Shown: one piece after another, positions 50,558 through 61,300 of the stretch
Numbering within the stretch: the first letter of the stretch is position 1
Layout of the letters: each line of letters opens with the position of its first letter
NCBI GenBank assembly: GCA_009103225.1
Contig: RHPI01003009.1
Coordinates: forward strand, 601,354 to 665,353
DNA from: Chlorokybus atmophyticus
Lineage: Eukaryota; Plantae; Mesostigma and Chlorokybus algae
Length of the DNA stretch: 64,000 bases
Reading direction: 5' to 3'
Position numbers and translations under genes: made by a program
Notes under the pieces: generated by a model
Told to the model about the DNA's origin: nothing
What the model saw: the letters and a program-made list of their open reading frames with translations, nothing else
The model's database searches: none

Positions 50558-51875
50558 TATGCAAGCTTGTGAACTGCACCCCAGTCCAACAAGTTTGTTC
50601 TCACCTTCGTCACTCAGGGGACTCAGTTTCTACTACTACTCAACTAACTGGCACGGTGTTGCTGATGTGCTATGCACCAACGCTGTAAGGGTAAGGCTTA
50701 CGCAACCAAAGTAGTACACTTCTGCAGTATCACTGGTGAAGGCAACTAGGCTACCGTCAGCAACCAAAGTAGTACACTTCAGCAATGCCTCTCATTAGGC
50801 ACCTTACTATAGTGCGCTCTCTGGTTGGGGCTGTTAAGCAACACGAGGAAGGCTCAGCACTGCATGCAACATTAGGCCTCCATGTACATCCTGATATGGT
50901 GGGATATTTGAGCGTGTTCCGGCGTTCTGAGGACACGCTGGTGCAAATTAGGGTGTCCCCTGCCATGTCTGCGGTGTGAATGCAGTGTCAGTTTGTCTGC
51001 TTGCATACTGTCTCTGCACGCTGTGTTTGCGACATGGGTGATTGTGTTCAGGTCATGTGTGATTCAGCACCCCTTGTGATACTGCTGGTCTTTGCCCCTA
51101 TCGATTGGGTGCGTACATGCGCATCTATGATGTTGCAAGATATAAGGGGAATGGGCATACCCCTCGCGTATGTTCTGTATACACTATTACACATGTTTCG
51201 TCACTACTGCACTATCAATGCTGGGATTGCGCTATCATTGCCATTCGTATACCAACTGTAACAACCATATATGCACAAGCCTCAACGCAGTAAGGTTGCC
51301 GCCATTGCAATGGCAGGTTGTCAACACAATACACGTGTACAACAAAATGTGCTGCATGCAAGCAGCGTGCAACGCAGTGGTTGCTTCTCTCACATTGAGC
51401 GCTGTCAGTCAGAACTGCCTGAACAGCTGTCAAGGCAACAATGGACTTGCGATGGTGCAGCGGAGATGGCGCTGCATGGCGGTGCGTGCATGCGTGCGTG
51501 TAAGATGGTGTGCTGTGATGGTATGAGGTGTTGATGAGCGGCACACGCTGTGAGCCACCCTTCTTTGTCCAGGACCCATTCGTTCCGCTTCCTGTTGCTG
51601 TCCTGTCATGTCAACATGGTGAAGCATCGCACAGTCAGAGGCAGGCTGTACATCTGCCAGTGCAAACGTGATATGCAAGTATCAAAGTCCATGTGTAAGC
51701 AGCACCGCCAACGGCCATACTCACCAGTTTGGAATCTGGACGTAAGCTCATTAACGCTACATCGCCATATGATGCGGCGCTTGCGTTGTTAACGGTGACG
51801 GATTGCAAAGTAAGTGTTGCCCTCGTGCGCTTGCTTCGCCATCCTTCAGCTCTCTACGAAGCAGTATGTTGCTGG

Positions 51876-54800
51876 CTACCATGGGGGTGATTCCATGCCC
51901 AGACGCTTTCGAAGGTAATCTTGCTGGTTTCGGAGCCCTGTCAATGTGTTCCACTGCGAGGCATTCAGCACGCCACAAACTGAGTGCTTGTGCCCGTGTT
52001 GTTTGCAGCACTTATGGTGAGCATGTAACAATTAGCACACCTCTTCCAAAGGGATACCAACTACACGCCATCCCGCAGCGGTGAGCAGGCGCCGCTTAAG
52101 TTCTGTATGGCCAAGCGGCAAGCCTGCGACCAGAAAGAGTGAGCTGCCATCCAACTCTTGCACAAGCAGGCAATAACTTTGCTAACCAGTGTTGCGAGCA
52201 AAGTGGCTGGGACCGTCCATCTCAATCCCGATACGCTCATCTGGCTGCCAGTGACAACTTACATGTTGATCCCTGCAATTAGATCCCCCCAACCGACGTG
52301 GTTGTTATGGTGGAAGAATTCGGTCATTGGTATTTGCCACATACCAACGCAATGTCGAGGGTATATGGGCCGCAGTCGTATTCGAGCTTGTGCAACTTGC
52401 CCATCCCTCGCAAGGCATAGGCAACCTCGCGCTGCGCAGCACTGACTCGTGAGTTGGAACAAGGTTGCCAAGTCAATAGCCATACACTGCCACTTCTCTG
52501 TACAGAGACGTTCAGCTCACAGCATTTTGCAATACAAACAACTGTGCTTACATGTGCAGCTGATGGATGCCGGAGCCTCGACTTCTCCTCCAGCCAAACA
52601 GACTCCGCCAACGCTTTCACTGGTTGCTTGAACCCAATGCCCTGTATGAAATTGTGGTTGATATGTTTGCTGCAGGTTTCCGTAAGAAGCTCGAAGCAAG
52701 ACAAGCCCTGAGTCATCAGCACTTGTATGGAGTGAATATTGTCTGATGCAAGCATGTAGGGTGTAAAGGGTGGTATATTTTGATATGCACGCACTTATAC
52801 CAGATGCGAGTGCTCATGCTGCAGCACCATAGAGCACTGCTGGATCTGTGTCAGCTGCTTTGTGTGCCTGCTTGCATCCCTGTCAAGCAAGCACAAACAC
52901 AACACAGCGTGGTTTGAGAAAACGCAGCCCCTCCTTCCTTCAAAACGCAAACCAGTTCCAGTGTGCAAGAGAGGCTGACCACGGATAAGCGTCGATTGCC
53001 TCCATGATGACACGAAAGCCTGGCCGATGCACCATGCCGCATGCGGCGAAAGCCCATGCCAGCTGTGCAAGAGCTCTCCTATCTGCTGTAGATGCATGCT
53101 GCTGCAAGTTGTGCCCACTTGAAGGCTTGATGCTGTGACACCAACATGTGAGCCGCAAAAAAGCACATCGCACGCACACTCGCATTTGTGGGAGCATGTA
53201 AGTCACATGGCAGTCTATCGCTTGCAGATGTGTAGAGAAGGGCACATAATCACTCACTTTGTTAGCCAATTGTCTGAGGCTTCACACAGCTCCTCCGAGC
53301 AGTGATTCAGAGCCGCAAAGGCCCAAAGCAGCAGCGCGCTGTCCTGCCAGAAAGTAGCATTACTTTTCTTAATAGTTGGCTTACACGCTCATTGTGCTGT
53401 TGGAGATGTCGGCGTATTGTGTACCTGTATGTTGACTTGTGGGAAGGCAGCAGCACGGGAGGCTATGGCTGTGAACAGTGCTTCGTGTTGGTGCTGCATG
53501 CGCGCAAAGGCTGTCGTCTGTGCAACAACACAAAACGTTGGTGCATTTCTCAACTGACAGCCAGAAATCTATCTGTGCGCGTGGTGCATAGTTGCACCTT
53601 TTGTATGCGACGGTGACCGATCATTATGGGTCACCCTCGCATGCCATCAATACTGTAACCAAACAAGAGACACACTCATACCACGTACTTATGTGACAAT
53701 ACACGTTTATATATGAGAGCGAGCATGTGAGCACGCACTCATGTGTGAGCGTATGTGCATGCACTTATTGTCCAGTGCATGCACACTCGCACGTCCACAC
53801 GAACGCACCATCGCATGCAACGCGCATGTATAAACACGCACATACCAGCTTGACAGCATCTCCAATAGATGCAGACTCTGCGTGTTTCAAGAAGGCGACC
53901 GCGATGGCTTCAAACTCCGCCATGTAAAGCTCTGTTCCTCCTGCCTTCACCAATCCGGAATTAAATCACCTGATCAGACTCAAGAGAAGAGAGTTTCTTA
54001 CAATGCATTACCAGGTGAGAAAGCCCCCATGCAGCGGCAGCAATGCCACGAGCGTTGCAGCTGTGCAACCGCTCCTTGAATTGCGCAACGGCGTTTTGGA
54101 GAGTGTCATTCCTTGTCTGCATGCGCGAGAAAGAATCTCATTGCCTGTTACACAGTTTACTATGTGTGTTTGAGGTTCCTATGTGGCTACCATACCAATG
54201 CAAGGCGTTGCGGGTGTGGAAGCCTTCTCTGTAGCGCGAGCTGGCCAACACGGAACAGCAAAGTGCAAGTGTTCGACTCGCTGAATGCAGCATTTGTCTC
54301 AATTGAAGTCTCGTACAAGCGCAAAACCTGCGTACAGCTCCAAACTCAGTGACGTGGTGCCGCAGGTTGCCATTGGCATGCATGTGTGCACACGTGTACA
54401 GGATATGCGAGGTGCTGTGCAACATGCATGTGTGCGTCAGAGTGAGTGTGTAGGTGCGCGTGAGCGCGTGCATACGTGTATAAGACATAGTTTCTTTGAG
54501 CCAGCGCATATGTATACGTGTCTGCGGGTGTGCGTGTGCGTTTGCACCTGTTGTACGCTGCTAGCTGCAAGAATCTGCTTGTTGACGCCTGCCGCCTGCT
54601 TCTTGTTGGTTGTATTCTGGCTGACAGCTGCGCCGCTTGCTTGGGCCCTGCATTGCCGAAGCTGAAGCTGACACTGACGCTGAAGCTGAAGCTGAAGCTG
54701 AAGCTGACGCTGACGCTGAAGCTGACGCCTAGGCCTCAGCGTCAGTAAGTTGGGTGGCCTGAAGCCTCTCAACTGTTTGGGTTGAACGCCGGCGCTGAGA

Positions 54801-54892
54801 TTTGCCGACGACAAGTAGGACACGGGCAGGACAGATGACGCCGCTGCAACCGCCGTCGCCACCGCTGCTGCCTCGCCGCCGCCGCCCAGCAT
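51876..54892 (-). CDS. RAP-domain protein with OPR/FAST-like helical repeats, probably plastid-targeted
   Basis: Transit-like N-terminus; repeats NARGIAAAAWGL, DSALLLWAFAAL, ALAQLAWAFAAC; RAP motifs YTLDIAL, IGIEMDGPSHFARNT and LKRRLLTAAGWRVVGIP. Confidence 0.85.
54655..54730 (-). repeat. Coding hexamer repeat (CAGCTT/CAGCGT)n encoding QLQRQRQLQLQLQLQRQCQLQL
   Basis: Plus strand gctgaa/gctgac repeats. Confidence 0.8.
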
Positions 54893-56143
54893 AAAGGTCA
54901 AGCTGCTAGTGGAGATGTCAACGCCGTGAGCTTCTTTTTACTGCAGGCACTGCAGCAGCAGAAGGCCTGCTGGATCGGCGTACAAGCTTGGGTGGTGGGC
55001 TTGATCAATGCTCGGGAGCTTGCCTGCATATGGTATAGGGTCGAGTAGGTAATGCACAGTCATGCACACACCCATGCATACAATTGGCAAGACAACAGGA
55101 CAAATGGGGCAAGTTACACCAGGGGCCTAGGTTAAGTGCTCTAATTTGCTATGTGCAAATGCAAGCCGGGGCAGTGGGCAGGCAGCACAGTCAACCAACC
55201 AACCTGTTGCAACAAAGGCACTAGTTAGACCCTCAGCGCCTCCATCACCACACACAGCAGAGCATGCTCATCTAGCTATCAGCCCCTGGTGTCACTCATT
55301 AGCCTCCGGCCTAAAGCTGAAAGGTGCCACCGTGCAATGTGCCACCCACCCACCAATAAGCAAGGCACCAAAAAACTCAAACATGGCCTAACCCGCTGCT
55401 GCATGCTGTCTACTTTGGTGAGTGTGTGCATTCTGTACCTAACTCCAATGTGTACCCAACTCCAATGTGTACCTAATGCATGTGTGAGCAGGTTACAAGA
55501 TGGTGACCTCAAGGCACGCTGCGTGCGGGTGCAATGCTGATGCCTCATGGTGTGCCTGTGGATGCGTCTGCACAAGTCTCAGAACTCTCTGTAGTCAGTA
55601 CCTATACTTACGAACCATGACCACAACGCTGCCACACACTGACAGCAGCAAATTCAGCAACAAGCTGACAGCGTATCACTTGATATTGCTTTAAGCTAAT
55701 GTGCATACTGTCTGCCAAGTGTGGCATGCAGAGCTGGAGGCCTGTTCAGTGCACATGTCGACTTTGTTAAGACATGCAACGCAAGCCGCGTCTCAAGCTT
55801 GACTATGTACGTGCTGGGTCTATAGTGGAATCACTTGTGCGGCGTCACTCATTTCTTGGTCTGTCATTCTCACCGCCATTGCTAAACTTCATACATGAAC
55901 GTTTATTGTGCATTCAGGCGTGCTTAGCATCTGCGACAAGCATCCGCTTGCTGAAGCAGCCAAACTTTGTGCAAAAGCTGCATTGCAAGCCCAGTCGCAC
56001 TGCACTTGAGTGCATGCGCGGTTGACTCCCTACACCCTACACCCACAAGGCCAGTCACCCACAACATAATCTCCATTCATAGAACAATTGCTTAGTGGTA
56101 ACTGTCTTATTCCAGCAGGCAGCACGCACTGATATCCCCTACA

Positions 56144-58070
56144 TCAGAACCGTTTGGACGCAGCCATGGGCCCACCCTGCTTAGCCTTGTTGCTGAGGCT
56201 CAAGTCCACAAGGCCGGAGCCGAGCACGTCGTCCCAACCCTTGCCCGACACATCAAACTCCTTGCCTTTGTTGCCTTGAGGCCGCTGCTGTGAGAACGAT
56301 GTTGTTGTTGTTGCTGTTGTCGCTTGCGTGAAGGATCCACCCATTGATGCGGGTTGTGGTGCAGCCGCAAAGGAGCCGAACATGTCGTCAAAGGACGCTT
56401 GAGGTTGTTGTTGTGGCGGTGGGGGAGGAGCCGCCACGAAGCCGCCGTAACCCAACGGTGCCGAAGTCATGGGTGGTGGCCGCACGTTGTTGTGCGCGTG
56501 GTTGGAGAACAAGTCCTCGGGGGCGGGAGGATGGGGAGCTTGTTGGCCATGGTGGCCGTGTGGGGCTGATAGGTTGAAGGGGGTAGGGGCGTGGTGCGCC
56601 AGCGGGCTGAAGGAGAGAAGACTTGGGGAGGAGGAAGATGGGTGTGCTGTTGTTGTTGTTGTTGCTATCGGTGTGGGGGCGGCAACAAAGTCCCCGAACA
56701 TGTTGGGGGGTGAGGACGCGACTGTCGCGGGTGCATGTACCGGGACGGGGGTGGGGGCGGGGGCGGGGGCGGGGTCATCACCAAAGCTGAATAGGTCCAC
56801 TACAGGATGGGCGGATTTAGAAGGTGGCAGCAGTGGCGGCGGGACAGCTGGCGCAGCCGTTGTCGTGGAGGCTCGCGGGTCGAAGTCATCATCATCGTCA
56901 TCGGCTGCCGCCGCATGTTGTCTGGAAGCAGCTGCTGACGAGGGCATTGCCGCATATGTTGGGGCCGCTTCGTATCCGCGGGACGAGTCCTCACGATCAT
57001 CATCTTCGTACGAACGGTAGCTCTTGTTGTAGCCGCCGCTGTCGCGCACGTCATCTGAGCCGAATCCATCATATTTGCCGCCGGAGCCACCACTCAAGCG
57101 CACGCTGTCGGACCCAAAGCCGCCGTACTTGCCTCCCCCTCCTCCACCACTTCCGCCTCCACCAGAGTAGCCGCCCATGCCACCCGACCTGTACTCGGAT
57201 GAGCTCAAACCGCCGTACTTGTTCTTGTTTGCTGCTGCCGTATCGCGTGCCTCAGCAATCTGCAAGCATGCAACTGTCAAGCGAGCATTGTACGCCACAA
57301 CATGCAGGTGTGGAAAGCGTGTGCGCATACCCACACATACATGCGCGCGCACCCGAATGCACGTGCGTGTGCATGCACGCTCTCCACGCATGCACGTGCT
57401 AGCACACGCACGCATACAGAGAAAACAAGACACATGCACGCACACATTACCTTGCCGGAGTCGTTGAGAATGTCAATGATACGCTGCGCTTTCATGCGCA
57501 CATTGATGCCCTGGTCTTTGCCGGAGGATTCGACGAAATGGAAGTCCGACAGCGAGTGCAGCGAGTGCATGTTGGAGCGAAGCTCGTCGACAACATTCTC
57601 CGCTCCATGACCAATGAGAAATTCCATCACCTGTTATGCAAACTCAATAACTGGCACGCACGCACGCACGTTGTGCGCATCAAACCAACAACAAACAATG
57701 CTGCACCTGAAGAGACTTGTACACATGGCGCCAGTTCTTGCCAGTGTCCTGGAGGCGCTTCCACAACACGCTCATAACGAGCTCGCGATCTTCGTGCCGG
57801 CGTGTGGCACTGGCCAGCTCGTTCATCACCGAGCCGTGCGGGCCCCACGGGTCGTTGGATGTGGCCTCCATAGCCTTCTGCTCGATCTCAGGCACCTGCA
57901 TGCAAAGAAACGTCAACCTTCAACACCAGAGAATACAATTTGTGTACATGTGAACTGTATGGCTGTGCCAATATCTGTCCAGGGTATCAACTCGTGTGCA
58001 CCTGATAGACGACATTCTTGATCTGTTTGACGGCGCTGTTGAGGTAACGCTCTACTTGTCGGTTCATCAT
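56144..58070 (-). CDS. ENTH-domain clathrin interactor (epsin/EPSIN-like)
   Basis: VPEIEQKAMEATSNDPWGPHGS...LWKRLQDTGKNWRHVYKSLQ|VMEFLIGHG...GKDQGINVRMKAQ|..NKNKYGG; DFDPR motif, DLFSF and DDMFGSF clathrin/AP motifs. A 5'UTR exon lies near 59170-59330. Confidence 0.93.
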
Positions 58071-61000
58071 TTTGGTCGGCTTTTCTTTTCGTCAAGGTGA
58101 ATCCACCTGCGCAGATGGGGAGTTGTAAATAGTTGTTGTACTTTCATGCCGGCAACATACATAGAAACTAATTGTTGAGACTAAGTTGGAAATAACGTTG
58201 TTGAGTATGAGACCACCCCTAAAGGTGATTGTGCAAAAGCATGCCTTGTACTGGCTATACTCACTGCCGTCTTACAACAACATTCGTGAGCACGAGCACC
58301 AATTCAAACATGACAAGTTCAACTGGAACAACGAGGTGCACGGTACTTCAATGTCAGTCGCTGTACTGCCATGTACCGTTTTGTTTAATACTAACTTGCG
58401 TACGACAATTTTCCGTGACATGCTTGGACAACCCCCTGGAGTAACGTCACTGATGACTGATGACACTGTATAGCATCAGTGCACACTTTGAGTACATGCA
58501 CCTAACAACCAACAACAACAATGGAGAGACGTTGCTAAGGAAGCTGCCTGTTTGCTGCAAGCAGCAGTCGGTGTGGCAGCACCCGCTTGGTTCATTGCCA
58601 TGCCATCTGCAGTGTACAGTACACACATGCAAAAACTCTCATCGTGGTGTCAACATTCACTGAGCAATTGAGAAGGAGATACGAAACTGCTCGACAGCAT
58701 GGATTAGGGTTGCAGTGCACCGTTGCGTGCCAACTGCACAAACCACCTTCGTCAGAACTTGCAGCTGATTGTAACAAGAGAATCCAGATATAGCCGGCAC
58801 GTAGCAAGAAGGCAATGTCAAAAGCGACGCAAAGGATTTTATACAACGAGAGGGTAACCAACGCAAGCACTGCACGCCAAGCTGCAACAACACCTACTGA
58901 GTGCAATGCACCGCTCTCCTCCCACGCCAAGCGCATTGCTGACGGGAAGAGACTGTTGCTATGGCCCATTGCGTATATAGACTCAAGCTGCATAACACGC
59001 TTGTACCTTGGTGGAGAGGAATGGACTGATAAAACAGGGAAGAAAAGTCTGATAAAAGAAGTCTGCCTTCCTGCCCGCAGAGCGTGCGCCCCTCTTCTCT
59101 CACACCTTTCCCGCCTTTGCCCCCTCGCCCCTTGACCCCTCTTCGCTCCTCCCCGCTTAGCCTGGGTATTCACCCACGTCCCCTTGCGATGACAGTGGCG
59201 CCACCGCCACCGCCGTCGTAGGCGGGGACGCCGCCCACGCCGACAGCGATGCCGTCAACGATGACAGCAGCAACGTCGCCGAGCAGCACTTGTAGGACTG
59301 GTTTCGAGTTGACCCGCGAAAACAAGGGGCACAAACTGTAACAGCTCTTGGCGGTATACAACCCCGTTTGCCGTCAATGTTTCCGCGGTTGTATTGTATC
59401 CTCACACGTGAACGGCCTTGTCTAACCTGCCTCGTTAAAACTTAACTTTTGGGCGACTACTGGTCAAAGTCTGCACGACTGGTGGCCATAGGGCTATAGG
59501 GCCGCAAGCCTACTGTACTGGCATGAGGCATTGCTGGCTCTACTGGCACTGGTACCTGTCGGCACTCGTCCTGGTCATGGTCATCAAGTTGACGACGTGT
59601 GACGACGTCAACTCTCGTCTGCTTATGGTCTTGACATGACATGTAAAATTGGCTTCATGACAAGATGTCTTACAGAAGGCCGTTTTAGTGGACATTCCGT
59701 AGTGTTCAGTTGACACAGTAATACTATCACAATTTCGTTATTCGTTAATTGTGCAATACATGCAACATATGTTATATACGCCCCTTCGCCTCACTTACAT
59801 ACGATCATATTGCACACATAGCCTTGTATTGCCCCCATCTTACGAAAGTTTCTTTTTATATGTTGACTTGCTATTGCTTGGTACACGCTCGCTTCTCGGT
59901 TACAGGTAAGCTATATATACGATACGGGGGATATCTTGCATGTATAAAGCTGTCGCATTCATTGCTTGGTAAATGGTGCGCAAATATTAATACCTTTGAT
60001 ACTGTATACATCATGTACAATGTAACATCGAATGTACATATTCCAAACTTCAAAATTCAGGGCTCCCTAGTCTTACAGGCGCATGCTTTGTCATTGCTGT
60101 CAATGGTGTATTTGCTTGCTACCGCTGCTGAAGGCCCCTGTTTTCTACACTATGCAATCACGACCTACATCTGTACATCTTATAAAAATTATTGCTCACT
60201 GCGTTTCTGTTCCGCGCCCTCTATGTTACGCTATACATCATTTGAGTTCCGTGCACTTAGAGTCCATAACTAAGTAAAATGTATTGTGTTGTTGCTGCAA
60301 AACACACAATGGTAATAAGCTTTGCAATTGGACACAAGGAAGAGGGGGAGCGGGAGGGAGTCGTGGTCCTTGCGATTGCCATGCTTGCCGTTGAAATGAG
60401 CAACCAACGGCAGCTGGTCTGAGCAGGTAATGGCAAACGTGTGCATGTACATGCATGCAGGGGGGCTTGTCATCGGCATTGTCGGCATTGTCGGCGTTGC
60501 TGTCCACTCCCCTGCCTATCAGCACTACCTACCCTTCGCCTTTGCCTACCCCCTACCTTGTGCAGGTAGTTTGGGAGATCTGTCCTAACTGCCACTGCCT
60601 GCTCCATTGCCTATACATTGCACATACGTAGAAGCCCCCTTAGTGTAGCTAGCTAGCTCTGTGTTGATTGTTGTTCATGGTTGGTTGTATTGCTTTTATT
60701 GTGGTTGCGTTGCTACTGGCTGCTGTGGTTGCTTGTTGGCCCCTGTGCTATACCATATGCATGTCTGATGGGGAAGGCTTGTAGGTTAGTGCAGGAGTTT
60801 AGCCCGGTGGTGACAACGGTGAGATGTATACTAGTGTGCATGCTTGAGTGATGTGCATATTGCATGCGTGTGCACAACAGCACGTCATATATCCTGTACA
60901 CCATTGGGAAAAGCACAGCTTGCATCCGTAATGCTACACAGAATGCATTAGCTGCGTGCCTCCGCACTGCCAAGCCCGCATCACAACCCGTTACTCAAAG

Positions 61001-61300
61001 TTTGGTCATTGATTCATGACATAAGCGGAGTCAACATCGTGCTTGCAATCGCACACTTCAATTTCAAGCGGCTGCACAGACAGATGGCTTCCTCTGTTAC
61101 AGCGTGCCTATGGGAAGCACATTGTGTCTTGCCCAAAGTAGCCTACTTGTTGCAATGGCAACATCAGGCAGTTGATTGACTAGCAAGCGATCGCCGCATC
61201 ACTTTCGCCAGCAATGAGCGCACAAGCGAAGCGCATTGGTGCACATGGCAATGACCACTTGACAGTTTGCGTCAACCTGCAGGCGCAGCTAGGCCCACTG

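Noticed and set aside
50702-50780. 21-bp direct repeat GCAACCAAAGTAGTACACTTC (50702 and 50760), also a 17-bp doublet near 55440, as a CRISPR-like array
   Set aside because: Only two copies each, no spacer series or cas genes, eukaryotic UTR context; local duplications.
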